From Takakia lepidozioides (taxonomy: Eukaryota; Plantae; Bryophyta), in NCBI GenBank assembly GCA_030704615.1, contig CM060732.1, positions 67,952,001 through 68,016,000 on the forward strand: a stretch of 64,000 nt of DNA, written 5' to 3'. The notes below the pieces were generated by a model. It was not told where the DNA came from, made no database searches, and was given only the letters and a program-made list of their open reading frames with translations. Positions 24,909 through 38,000 of the stretch are shown piece by piece (the stretch's first letter is position 1; every line of letters begins with the position of its first letter). The position numbers and the translations under genes were made by a program.

Positions 24909-25471
24909 GGCATTTGCCTTCTGGACTTGTTTGGCGGGATCAGCACCGGATTGGCTGCTGTGCTACAGGCAGATGTGCGGGTAAGGGGTTACCTGTATGT
25001 GGAGAGGGATGAGACTGCACGATGCATCTCACTGCGCCATGTTGCTCAGTTGGTACAGCAGTACCCTGCTTTGTTGCCAGTGTCTGCAGTTCGTGGATAC
25101 CAACAAGCCTTGCCAGCAGACATTTCGTTACTGGGGGCGCCGGATTTGGAGCAGGTTGGCTCCATTGATCTGGTAGTGGCAGGTTGGCCCTGCCAAGGGC
25201 ATTCATCAGCCGGGCATGGCAATGGATTGCGAGACTCGAGGACGGGTCTGTTTTGGGAGATGGTGCGGATTTTGCGCCACTTGCAGCTTCATCAAGCTGT
25301 ATCGCCAGCATACATCTTGGAGAATGTGCCACTGATGGGCGATTCTCGGGCTAGGGTGATGGCCAGTGTGCATCAAGTCCGGTCGTGGCTTGGGTCAGCA
25401 TTGCTGCTGGATGCAGCTGCAGTGGGATCACGGGCTCATCGTCCATGGCTATGGTGGACTAACTTGATGTC
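24909..25471 (+). pseudogene. DNMT3-like C5 cytosine DNA methyltransferase domain (motifs I-VIII, truncated)
   Basis: Motif I LLDLFGGISTG, II YVE, IV DLVVAGWPCQG (25188), V LFWEMVRIL, VI ILENV (25320), VIII AHRPWLWWTNL. Confidence 0.92.
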
Positions 25472-26682
25472 TGTCGCGCGGCTTTTACTCACCCATCCCT
25501 TCGCTATCCGAGGCGGAAACTCCAAGATAGAAGAGTTGGAAATCTCTAAGTACTCAGCCCGCGCAGAACAATCAGTCATGACCTACAGCTAATGTATCAT
25601 GGGGGTGTTTCCTATTTGTTTCCTTTTCCGCATTCATCTTAGCTACCTTACCATTGATAATTAAGTATCAGTTTGCTTCATCAATTTATCGGTTTCCTTA
25701 ACTCCTCCATTCAATCCACAGCTTCACTCAGATCTCTCTACACAGTGTGATTGTATCGTATAAGTATCAGATTATGATTTATCAGGTATCAGGCCGAAGC
25801 CATTATGTCTCTAATCTGCTCTACAATATCACTCTAGCTTTGCATATGACAAGCATCTACTAATCCTCTTTTCTCCTTCATCGTGCTCTCCGATCTCCGC
25901 TCCCGCCTGTCTCCGAAGTCCTCCCCGAATAATGATCCCCTTCCTATTCCCCGTTCTTCCCTTTATCCTCCTATCCGCGGTTCTAACCGTTTCCCTCTCT
26001 AACCGTCGTATGTGAACTAACATGTTCCTTTCACTGGTGTTGTTCCCCACAGTCGTTTTCTGTCCTACTCTTCGTTCCCTATTATCGTGACAGCTGTGTC
26101 AAGCGGTGACTGGCTGTGTTTGGCTGTGTCGGGCTGTGACTGGCTGTGTGGCTGTGCCGGGCTGTGACGGCTGTGTGGGCTGTGTCTGCTGTGACGACTG
26201 TGACGGGCTGTGTGGGCTGTGACGACTGTGTGGGCTGTGACGACTGTGACGGGCTGTGTTGGCTGTGTGGGCTGTGACGGCTGTGTCGGCTGTGTGGGCT
26301 GTGACGACTGTGACGGGCTGTGTTGGCTGTGTGGGCTGTGACGGCTGTGTCGGCTGTGTGGGCTGTGACGACTGTGACGGGCTGTGTTGGCTGTGTGGGC
26401 TGTGACGGCTGTGTCGGCTTGGTGGGCTGTGACGACTGTGACGGGCTGTGTTGGCTGTGTGGGCTGTGACGACTGTGACGGGCTGTGTTGGCTGTGTGGG
26501 CTGTGACTGCTGTGTCGGCTGTGTGGGCTGTGACTGCTGTGTCGGCTGTGTGGGCTATGTAACCCCCCTCTACAGTGCGCTGCTGTTACCCCTAAGGTTC
26601 CTGTTTGTCTCAGTCTGTGCAAAAATTAAGAGTACCCTACAGATCCCGTATAAGTGTCTAAGTCCCCTACAGTCCTCTAACA
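25472..26682 (-). repeat. 3' LTR of element A, containing 9-nt (CACAG)-based tandem repeats
   Basis: Homologous to 34083..35051; preceded in element orientation by a PPT. Confidence 0.93.
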
Positions 26683-26706
26683 TTACCCCTTCCCCCCTCA
26701 AAAAGC
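26683..26706 (-). other. Polypurine tract of element A
   Basis: Minus-strand gaggggggaagggg-taa immediately before the TG of the 3' LTR. Confidence 0.85.
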
Positions 26707-26784
26707 CGTGTCCTCACGGTTTACTGTTTCCGAGTAGCAACCCTTTGTGAGTGAGCACCTTGTTGACGTTGAGAGTTTCGTGGT

Positions 26785-27395
26785 GGGCTGTGTTGCACTG
26801 TGGTAAGCTGTGATAGGCTGTGACACGCTGCGGTAGGTGTGATAGGCTGTGTCACGTCGTGACGGGCTGTGATAGGCTGTGTCACGCCGTGCTGGGCTGT
26901 GATAGGCTGTGTTGCGCCTTGCTGGGCTGTGATAGGCTGTGTCAACGCCGTGCTGGGCTGTGATAGGCTGTGTGACGCCGTGATGGGGCTGTGATAGGCT
27001 GTGTTGCACTGTGGTAAGCTGTGATAGGCTGTGACACGCTGCGGTAGGTTGTGATAGGCTGTGTCACGTCGTGACGGGCTGTGATAGGCTGTGTCACGCC
27101 GTGCTGGGCTGTGATAGGCTGTGTTGCGCCTTGCTGGGCTGTGAAGGCTGTGTCACCCGTGCTGGCTGTGATAGGCTGTGTGACGCCGTGATGGGCTGTG
27201 ATAGGCTGTGTTGCGCCTTGCTGGGCTGTGATAGGCTGTGTCACGCCGTGATGGGCTGTGATAGGCTGTCTCACGCCGTGATGGGCTGTGATAGGCTGTA
27301 TCACGCCGTGATGGGCTGTGATAGGTTGTGTCACGCCGTGATGGGCTGTGATAGGCTGTATCACGCCGTGATGGGCTGTGATCGGCTGTGTCACG
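26785..27395 (-). repeat. 30-bp tandem array (gctgtgataggctgtgtcacgccgtgatgg), encodes (DTAYHSPSRR)n
   Basis: Roughly 20 visible units; a homologous shorter array lies at 60950..61180. Confidence 0.9.
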
Positions 27396-30300
27396 TTTGT
27401 TTTGCCCACCCCGGTCATATATACTGGGCCTAGCGACAAGTGTTCCATACTCCGTTCGTAACACTGGTGCAGCCCGTGACTGCTCTTGCGGTTCAACATG
27501 CAAATCATGCTGCAGGGGTTTGTCATGGATACCACTGTACCCCTTCAACTTATTTGCATTGACTCTTCCAGCATTTCTTTGTTAATGGTTGTAACATGGC
27601 TGTGTTGTTATCATACATCTTTTGTATGACATAAGGTGGTGATTTAAGCTTAGAAGCTTGAATCTTAACCATCTCCCCCCCGTCTTAAAAGTCTGGCTTC
27701 ATGCGTGATCTGAATTCTGGTCATATTATCAGCTGCATCAGCACGTACTTCTTCCACATGGTATAATTCATGTTTCCTGACCTTGATGGAGTCTTGCAAT
27801 TCCATTCTTTTTCCCCACTCCGTTCTCATGGTAGGTAACAGGAATTCCACTGGAAGTAAGGCTTCCATACCATAAACTAATTGGAATGGTGTATACTTTG
27901 TGGTGACTTATATGAAGTCCTGTATGACCATAAAGCTGTCAGCAGCTTTGTATCCCAATCCGTTCTGTTTGCATTGACTATCTTAGCCAAGATAGTACAT
28001 AGTATTTTGTTGGTAGCCTCTGCCTGCCATTACCCTGTGGGTAATATGTTGTACTCTTTCTATGCACAATCATAAACTCTTTAGTCAATAACTCAATGGT
28101 CTCATTCATGAAGTGACTTCCCTTGATCACTGATAAATTCTAAGGGACATCCAAATCGTGTAAGTATGTTCTCGTACAGGAACCTTGCTGTGGACTTGGC
28201 TGTGTTGTCCTCAAAGCTTTAGCTTCCACCCACTTTGTAGTATAATCAGTGGCTGTAATTATGTACCTGTTTTGTGTATTCTTGGATGGTGGATTAATTG
28301 GTCCAACAAAGTCTAGTCCCCATTTCTGAAATGGTTCCGTAGGCATTGTAGGATGCAAGGCCATTCTTCCAGATCTCTGCAAAGGTCCTAGCCTCTGACA
28401 TTCATCACACTTCTGACAATACTCATGTACATCTTTGAACAAAGTAGGCCACCAGTATCCTGCGAGTAGTATCTTTCTACTGGTAGTCTCTTCTCCAAAA
28501 TGACCTCCAGCCACTCCTTTATGAACTTCCTCCAAGACTTTATTTACTTCATGGTGGTACAAGCATCGTTTTAGTACTCCCATCAGGTCCTAACTTATAC
28601 ATTCTGCTTCCTACCATAGTATAAGGTAAAGCTTTGATAGCAATTCTCTTCCTCTGCTCCTTACCATAACTAGGTGGGCACTGACCATGAGCAAGGTAGT
28701 ATCTGATTGGCCACTGCCAATCTAACCATTCATCTGCACTTCCTTGCACCTCCATTACAAATAAACTCGCATCAGGTAACTGATCGTCCACTCCTCCTGT
28801 GGCGGCCTCTCCTGTTGTTAGTCGTGACAAATGATCTGCCACAAGATGCAAACGGCCAGGCTTGTAAATAACCTCGAACTCAAACTCATGCAAGATTATT
28901 AACCACCTCGCTATCCTTCCACTTATCAAAGGTTTGTTCACCAGATATATCAGAGCCTGGTGAAATCCACATAAAACATAAACTTTCTTCCCAATAGGTA
29001 ATGCCTGAATTTCTTCACTGCATAGATCATTGCCAATGCTTCTCTTTCCGTTGTGCTATAGTTCCTCTCAGCACTGTTCATCAACCGGCTAGCATAGTAC
29101 ACAGGTGAATCTATATTCCCTGTAACATTCTGGGCTAACACCGCTCCCAACGCTTCTCCTGATGCATCGCAGTGAACATGAAATACTACATGCCAGTGAG
29201 GGTTAATCAGCACAGGTGTAGTTGTTACTGACAGTGTAAGTTCCTCAAACGCCTGTTGACATTCAGCTGTCCATGCAAACACTGCATCTTTCTTCAGAAG
29301 CTTGCTCAATGGTGCTGCTATTTGTGCATACCTTTTGACAAATCTTCTGTAATAACTGGTTTGCCCAAGGAATCTCCTTAAACTCTTAACATTCACTGGT
29401 GGTGGAGAGCTTTAATGGACTCTGTCTTCCTGGGATCCACAAGGAGTCCCTTCTTACACACAATGTGTCCCAGAAGCACCCCTGAGTTCACACAGAAAGT
29501 ACACTTCTCTGGGTTCAAGCCCAGACCTCTCATCCTGCATCTGGCCAGGCATAACTCCAATTTATGCAAGTGCTCATTCTTAGAGCTGTACACACTGAAA
29601 TCATCCAAAAACACCTGCATGAAATCATCCAGATACTCATGAAAAGATTCACTTATCACTCTCTGAAAGGTCGCTGGTGCATTACAAAGTCCAAAGGGCA
29701 TGACTTTGTATGCATAAGCCCCCCAGTCTGTGATGAAAGCTGTTTTCCCTTGGTCTTCTTCTGCCACTTGCACTTGATTATAACCACTGAAGCCATCCAT
29801 GAATGAGTACATCTCATGGCCTGCCACAGTGTCTAATACTGCTTCTGTGAATGGCAAAGGGAAAGGATCTTTCTTCGTACAAGCATTCAGCTTCTTATAG
29901 TTCACACATACTCTTAGTTTGCCATTCTTCTTGGGAACTATAACAATGGGTGACAACCAAGTTGTATACTCTATTGGGTATATAAACTTAGCCTCAGCCA
30001 ACTTCTTTATCTCTTCTCCAACCTTCTGTGCGTAGTTGGGATTCATTCTATACCTCGCCTGCTTGATTGGTACTGACCCTGGTTCCAGTTCAATTTTATG
30101 CTGACAGACTTCAGGTGGTATCCCTTTTAGATCCTCATAGCTCCAAGCAAATACATCTCTGTATTTGATGAACAAGCTTTTAGCTTCTTCGAAGAATTCG
30201 GCTCCAAATCAGCTCCTACTTTCACCATCCTCGGTTCCTCCTGAGTTCCCACATTTACTTCTCTCACCTGCTCATCAGCTGTGATTGTCCAACCAGTCAC

Positions 30301-33300
30301 CACTTCATCCTGTAAGCTCACAGTGGCTGGTTCTTCTAGGATTTCTATCTCTCCCTCCTTTTCTTCATAGAAATGTGATGGGTAAAGTTGGTTTCCTCTT
30401 CAATTGTGTTTTGTCACTACACCACAGCAGATACCTCTCAAACAACTTAGGCTTTCCAGCCGCATCTCTGCAACCTGCTCCCATTCTGGGTGTGCAGCAA
30501 ATAGGGTAGCTTCCTGCTCCTCATCCAGTCCTCCCTCCAGTCATACTCTCTGACTCCTCGAGGTCTTCTTGTAGCAGGTAATCTACTAGATTTCTTTGTG
30601 GTAATTTGTATCTCGTGCATCCCATTATGCACAGTTAGTAACTGAGAATTCCAGTCATGGAATACCCTGGCCTGTTTCAGCCACGGACGTCCCAATAATA
30701 AGGAGTAAGCCTCCATGACTTCATCCATTTTTAATACAGTTACTGTGATCATAAAGATCATTTTCTGTATCTGTATCTTAACTCCTCTTATTAATCCCAA
30801 TGGCTGTACACTTCTTTGATCTGCCATTGTTACTGTAAATGGGGCTGGTTTCATGTTACTTAGACCAAGCTTCTTCCTTAATTGGTCTGTCATGATATTT
30901 ACTCCAGAACCACCATCTATCAGTACATCAGTTAGTTCTGTGCTTCCAATTCTCAATTGGATTACTGGCATAGAATCATCAAAGTCCATGACTGGTTCTC
31001 GCCCTTCCGGCTTCACATTATAACTGGTCACCTTGCTGTTCAGGTCTGTGTTTCCTGTCTCTTGGGCAATTCGATTGATTGCCTGATACAGCCTGTGCCT
31101 ACAATAAGGTGCCACAGCTAATAGCTGTCCAATGGTAATTTCTGCTTTGGTCTGACATATTACTTCAGCCAAAGTCTCTTCATTACTTTGCATGTCTGCA
31201 TCTTCTTTTTTCCTTTCTTCCTCACTCCCCTCTTTTTCTCCATCCGAATCAGAGGAATCTGCCACAGGAATATCAGTACTCTTTTGCATTTCCCTTATAG
31301 TATCTGCCACTTCCTTGTGCAGTTCCTTCTCATCCTTCCAAGTCTCTTCATCTTCAGGCATATCATTGCCACTTCCAGTCTCATCTTCTTCCTCTTCTAC
31401 TGGAGGTATTAGTTTGGCTTTACTTCTTGTTACTATCATTGTACTTACTTCTGGTACAACACATGGCCTAACCATGTGAGCTGCCACCACTGGGCCCTCA
31501 TTCACAGGAGCTCTCATCTCATTCTGGTGTCTTATCCAGAATGAACAGGCTGCCTTGCGATGTCCTGGCTGATTACAATAGTAACATAGCTCTTCACCAT
31601 TGGGTCCTCGCCCTTGGTCTGGTCTTGGATTATTTCTATAATCCTGATTCCCGGGCTGGTAATTCCCCCTTGGATTACCCTGATAGTTGCCTCTGGAATT
31701 TCCTTGGTAATTCCTCTTGAATTACCTCTCCCTTCCATGCCATTGTTATAACCACCAGACCTACCATAGTGGTCCTGATCATTGCTTCTTCTTGGCTGGG
31801 GCTGCACCTGATGCACCCTCACTTGCCTAGGTTCTCTTGCAGCTGTCCTTCTGTTGTAGTAACAATTCTCAGTAGAATGGTTATCCATTTTACAGATAGT
31901 ACAGTGTTTCTCCTTCATGTGGCATTCTGTAGTGGTATGGCCTTCATTCTGGCACTTTGCACACCATACACCCTTCCTCCAATGTGTTGCAGCCTCTGTG
32001 GCATACTTCTTCAAGATTTCTTCCAATCTTTTCTCATAGTTATCCCTCTTCAACTTTTCCTTTCTCTTACTCTTTCTTTTTAGTTCTTGCTCTTCTTCTT
32101 CATCTGACTCATCTTCAGAGTCCTCATCTTCCTTTTTCTCTCTCCTGAGCATTCCCAATTGCTCAATTCTGTTTGCAGTTTCAAATGCCTCCTCCACTGT
32201 ATTATGGGGTAACATATCCACTTTCTTCTGCAACTCTGGTCTTAGTCCACTCACAAACCAAGTCTTCTGTAAACCGGGTGCTGGTACTGCAGCCAGCTTT
32301 TTCATCATCAATTCCATCTTCTCCATATACTCTTCAACAGTTTCATGCTTCTTCTGCTTCAGCTGTTGTAAACTTCCATACACTTCATCCTCAGTTTTAC
32401 TTGTCCTGAACCTATTTCGAAATGCTGTATTCAAGCCATTCCAGGTTAGGAAATGATTATCAGGGAATCTTGCATACCATTCACTTGCTTTCTTGATAAG
32501 TGAACAAGGAAACAGTCTCATCTTGGCATCATCGCCATTCTCATTGTTCACTATACACATGTGCTCAAATTGGCTAATGTGTACATCGGGATCCCCTTTT
32601 CCTGAATATATTGGAAAGGGTGGTTTTGCCCGTGTTGGTTGTAACGCCATCTGTGGCCCTACCTTCTGCCCACTGACAGGTGCTGGCACCCTTGCTGGTG
32701 CTGGTCCTTCTGGACCTGTTGTTTTTGTGGTGGATCTTCCACCAAGTGGTGGCCCTTGAGCACTCCCTGCTTCTGGCCCCACGATATTCACAGTATTCCC
32801 AGCTTCAGTTGCACTACTTCCCACACTCCCTGTCCCCCAGAGCCAGATCCAGGCAGCCCGCCTGATCCCCTGAGCCGACACCTTCGTTGGCCTGTGATCC
32901 AAGTGCTCCACTTGATCCAGGTCCAACGGGTTGGGATGTCCTGGTTGTAGTCTCAACCTCAGCTGTTGGGTCTACTTTCTTCATATTCTTCCTCTTCCAA
33001 TTTCTTCTCTCTGTTTTCATCCTCCAAGTTCTGCCCTTGGGTTTCTTCTTCACTCATGTAACTCAACTGTAATGGTGTTGGAGAGTCTGAACTCTCCGTT
33101 GGCTCTGCCACATCCTCATCTCCTTCTTTCATCTTCTGCTTCAGAAACTGGAGTTCCTGCTTTTGGTGTTCCATGCCAACTCTTATCAAAGATTTCTGTC
33201 AAGTCTTTTATCCAAGGATGTACCTCAGATCTTTCACCTCGTGATTGATCTTCTTCCTGTACCAATTCCTTAATCTTTCTTGCAAAGAAACAGAAGGAGT

Positions 33301-34062
33301 GGCATCCAACTCTAGTTCTTCCGGTATAGGTGATGCAATTTTTGATCTTGATGGTGTGATCCAGATGATCCCCTTTGTCTATTCCTCTCTCCCAAAGATA
33401 TGGATAATTAGCTTTCAGATAGCTTTCTCTTTTTGATGAATATCTTTGTCGTCTAGCTTCTCTTCATCACTCATGTCCCATGTCTTTCATTTCTTTAAAT
33501 GTGGCAATAACCAAAACTCTCTTCTGTAATATCTCTCGTATATGCCTGGATTTCTTTCAAGCTTCAATGCACCCTTGGCTATACTTGAAGTCTCCGTTAC
33601 CATATAACCATATGGCAAACAAAGTCTGAAAAGCTGTTCTTGGTGTGAGTTTGATCCACAAAATATCCTTTGGAATCCATTCTTTACCAGTACAAGCTCT
33701 TCATGCATATGAGTATAAACATTCACCTTTCTTTCTTCCCAGCCTTCAAACTCTACTCGTTTAATGGATAGCAACGCTATCACATAAACTAATGTTGGTA
33801 ACCAACGTGCTCTTCCTCTACAGGCTACCTGATAAATCTTTATCACTCCTTTCTCCAGACCCCATTCTGGATCAGCATATGCACTCGTTTAAGAATATTT
33901 TCTTTACATCCGTCTGGCAATTCCAAGAACCTTTGAAAGAATTGTTTGGACAATCTTTCTTCCTTCGTTCCACAGGGAATTTGATTCACTTCAAATTCTT
34001 TAATGGTCCAACCACCATGATCCCACCAGATGCCTGTCACATCTGGTTGTTCATGTCCCAGG

Positions 34063-34080
34063 TCCCCAGTATGGTCGCCA
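34063..34080 (-). other. Primer-binding site, tRNA-Arg type (TGGCGACCATACTGGGGA)
   Basis: Lies 2 nt inside the 5' LTR end and is repeated in copies B and C; TGGCGACC is typical of tRNA-Arg priming. Confidence 0.8.
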
Positions 34081-34082
34081 AA

Positions 34083-35051
34083 TGTCGCGCGGCTTTTACT
34101 CACCCATCCCTTCGCTATCCGAGGCGGAAACTCCAAGATAGAAGAGTTGGAAATCTCTAAGTACTCAGCCCGCGCAGAACAATCAGTCATGACCTACAGC
34201 TAGTGTATCATGGGGGTGTTTCCTATTTGTTTCCTTTTCCGCATTCATCTTAGCTACCTTACCATTGATAATTAAGTATCAGTTTGCTTCATCAATTTAT
34301 CGGTTTCCTTCACTCCTCCATTCAATCCACAGCTTCACTCAGATCTCTCTACACAGTGTGATTGTATCGTATAAGTATCAAATTATGATTTATCAGGTAT
34401 CAGGCCGAACCATTATGTCTCTAATCTACTCTACAATATCACTAGCTTTGCATATACAAGCATCTACTAATCCTCTTTTCTCCTTCATCGTGCTCTCCGA
34501 TTCTCCGCTCCCGCCTGTCCTCCGAAGTCCTCCCCGAATAATGATTCCTAATCATATTCCCCGTTCTTCCCTTTATCCTCCTATCCGCGGTTCTAACCGT
34601 TTCCCTCTCTAACCGTCGTATGTGAACTAACATGTTCCCTTCACTGGTGTGTTCCCCACAGTCGTTCCCTGTCCTACTCTTCGTTCCCTATTATCGTGAC
34701 AGCTGTGTCAAGCGGTGACTGGCTGTGTTTGGCTGTGTCGGGCTGTGACTGGCTGTGTGGGCTGTGTCTGCTGTGCGACTGTGACGGGCTGTGGGCTGTG
34801 TGGGCTGTGACGACTGTGCGGCTGTGTTGGGCTGTGACGACTGTGACGGGCTGTGTTGGCTGTGTGGCTGCGGCTGTGTGGGCTGTGTGGGCTGTGATGA
34901 CTGTGTGCTGTGAACTGTGTCACTATGTAACCCCCTTCTTACAGTGCGCTGCTGTCACCCACTAAGGTTCCTGTTTGTCTCAGTCTGTGAAAAATTAAGG
35001 GTACCCTACAGATCCCGTATAAGTGTCTAAGTCCCCTACAGTCCTCTAACA
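34083..35051 (-). repeat. 5' LTR of element A
   Basis: TG...CA ends, followed by the PBS. Confidence 0.93.
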
Positions 35052-38000
35052 GTAATGCCTGAATTTCTTGACTGCATAAATCATTGCCAGTGCTTCTCTT
35101 TCAGTTGTGCTATAGTTCCTTTCAGCACTGTTCATCAACCTGCTAGCATAGTACACAGGTGAATCTATATTTCGTGTAACATTCTGGGCTAACACCGCTC
35201 CCAACGCTTCTCCTGAGGCATCACAGTGAACATGAAATACTACATGCCAGTGAGGGTTAATCAGCACAGGTGTAGTTGTTACTGAAATGTAAGTTCCTCA
35301 AAAGCCTGTTGACATTCAGCTGTCCATGCAACACTGCATCTTTCTTCAGAAGCTTGCTCAATGGTGCTGCTATTGTGCATACCTTTTGACAAATCTTCTG
35401 TAATAACTGGTTTGCCCAAGGAATCTCCTTAGACTCTTAACATTTGTTGGTGGTGGAGAGGCTTTAATGGCCTCTGTCTTCCTGGGATCCACAAGAAGTC
35501 CCCTCTTACACACAATGTGTCCCAGAAGCACCCTGAGTTCACACAGAAAGTACATTTCTCTGGATTCAGGCCCGGACCTCTCATCCTGCATCTGGCCAGA
35601 CATAACTCCAATTTATGCAAGTGCTCATTCTTAGAGCTGTACACACTGAAATCATCCAAGAACACCTGCATGAAATCATCCAGATACTCATGAAAAGATT
35701 CACTTATCACTCTCTGAAAGGTTGCTGGTGCATTACAAAGTCCAAAGGGCATGACTTTGTATGCATAAGCACCCCAGTCTGTGATGAAAGCTGTTTTCCT
35801 TGGTCTTCTTCTGCCACTTGCACTTGATTATAACCACTGAAGCCATCCATGAATGAGTACATCTCATGGCCTGCCACAGTGTCCAATACTGCTTCTGTGA
35901 ATGGCAAAGGGAAAGGATCTTTTTCGTACAAGCATTCAGCTTCTTGTAGTTCACACAAACTCTTAGTTTACCATTCTTCTTGGGAACTATCACAATGGGT
36001 GACAACCAAGTTGTATACTCTATTGGGTATATAAACTTAGCCTCAGCCAACTTCTTGATCTCTTCTCCAACCTTCTGTGCGTAGTTGGGATTCATTCTGT
36101 ACCTTGCCTGCTTGATTGGTACTGACCCTGGTTCCAGTTCAATCTTATGCTGACAGATTTCAGGTGGTATCCCTTTTAGATCCTCATAGCTCCAAGCAAA
36201 TACATCTCTGTATTTGATGAACAAACTCTTAGCTTCTTCAAAGAATTCTGGCTCCAAATCAGCTCCTACCTTCACCATCCTCGGTTCCTCTTTAGTTCCC
36301 ACATTCACTTCCTCACCTGCTCATCAGCTGTGATTGTCCAACCAGTCACCACTTCATCCTGTAAACTCACAGTGGCTGGTTCCTCTAGGATTTCCATTTC
36401 TCCTTCTCTTTCTTCATAGAAATGTGATGGGTAACTGCTGGTTTCCTCTTCAATTGGTGTTGTTGACACTACACCACAGCAGATACCTCTTAAACAACTT
36501 AGGCTTTCCAGCCGCATCTCTGCAACCTGCTCCCACTCTGGGTGTGCAGCAAACAGGGTAGCTTCCTGCTCCTCATCCAGTCCTCCCCTCCAGTCATACT
36601 CTCTGACCCCTCGAGGTCTTCTCGTAGCAGGTAATCTACTAGATTTCTTAGTGGTAATTTGTATCTCGTGCATCCCATTATGCACAGTTAGTAACTGAGA
36701 ATTCCAGTCATGGAATACCCTGGCCTGTTTCAGCCACGGACGTCCCAATAATAAGGAGTAAGCCTCCATGACTTCATCCATCTTCAACACAGTTACTGTG
36801 ATCATAAAGATCATCTTCTGTATCTGTATCCAATTCTCAATTGGATTACTGGCATAGAATCATCAAAGTCCATGACTGTTTCTCGCCCTTCCGGCTTCAC
36901 ATTATAACTGGTCACCTTGCTGTTCAGGTCTGTGTTTCCTGTCTCTTGGGCAAATTCGATTGATTGCTTGATACAGCCTGTGTCTACAATAAGGTGCCAC
37001 AGCCAATAGCTGTCCAATGGTAATCTCTGCTTTGGTCTGGCATATTACTTCAGCCAAAGTCCCTTCATTACTTTGCATGTCTGCATCTTCTTTCTTCCTT
37101 TCATCCTCACTCACTTCTTCTTCTCCATCAGAATCAGAGGAATCTGCCACAGGAATATCAGTACTCTTCTGCATTTCCCTTATGGTATCTGCCACTTCCT
37201 TGTGCAGTTCCTTCTCATCTCTCCAAGCCTCATCATCTTCAGGCATATCACTGCCACTTCATTATCATCATCTTCCTCAACTACTGGAGGTATTAGTTTG
37301 GCTTTGCTTCTTGTTACTATCATTGTACTTACTTCTGGTACAAACACATGGCCTAACCATGTGAGCTGCCACCACTGGGCCCTCATTCACAGGAGCTCTC
37401 ATCTCATTCTGGTGTCTAATCCAGAATGAACAGGCTGCCTTTGCGATGTCCTGGCTGATTACAATAGTAACATAGTTCTTCACCATTGGGTCCGCCCTTG
37501 GTCTGCTCTTGGATTATTTCTGTAATCCTGATTCCCTGGCTGGTAATTCCCCCTTGGATTACCCTGATAGTTGCCTCTGGAATTTCCTTGGTAATTCCCT
37601 CTTGAATTACCTCTCCCTTCCATGCCATTGTTATCTACCATAGTGGTCCTGATCACTGTTTCTTCTTGGCTGGGGCTGCACTTGATGCACCCTTACTTGC
37701 CTAGGTTCTCTTGCTGCTGTCCTTCTGTTGTAGTAACAATTCTCAGTAGAATGGTTATCCATTTTACAGATAGTAAGTGTTTCTCCTTCATGTGGCATTC
37801 AGTGGTGGTATGGCCTTCATTCTGGCACTTTGCACACCAAACACCCTTCCTCCAATGTGTTGCAGCCTCTGTGGCATACTTCTTCAAGATTTCTTCTAAT
37901 CTTTTCTCATAGTTATCCCTCTTCAACTTCTCCTTTCTCTTACTCTTCCTTTTCAGTTCTTGCTCTTCTTCTTCATCTGACTCATCCTCAGAGTCCTCAT

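Larger units (their letters stand above)
21946..25471 (+). mobile_element. LTR retrotransposon (probably Ty3/Gypsy) with gag-PR-DNMT order, 3'-truncated
   Basis: Degenerate tRNA-Met PBS tagtactagagcc (21946..21958), gag with zinc knuckles, DSG protease and then a C5-MTase; cut at 25472 by another element's LTR. RT, RH and IN are absent, so the superfamily is inferred. Confidence 0.8.
25472..35051 (-). mobile_element. Ty3/Gypsy (non-chromovirus, Tat/Athila-like) element A with both LTRs, frameshifted
   Basis: LTRs TGTTAGAGG...GCGACA, PBS, leader ORF, gag, protease (LIDGGSG), RT (FLDD), RNase H (VHCDASG), integrase ([19 protein letters not shown]) in RT-RH-IN order, PPT; no TSD. Confidence 0.95.

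Noticed and set aside
24909-25592. Host DNMT3/DRM gene or bacterial restriction-modification MTase
   Set aside because: Intronless and in frame with a retro-protease; no PWWP/UBA domain or nuclease; the last ~40 codons of the ORF are foreign LTR sequence.
26065-26750. His/Ser- and Cys/Val-rich ORFs (also 34696..34965, 52565..53266)
   Set aside because: Artefacts of stop-free 9-nt LTR repeats, open in several frames on both strands.
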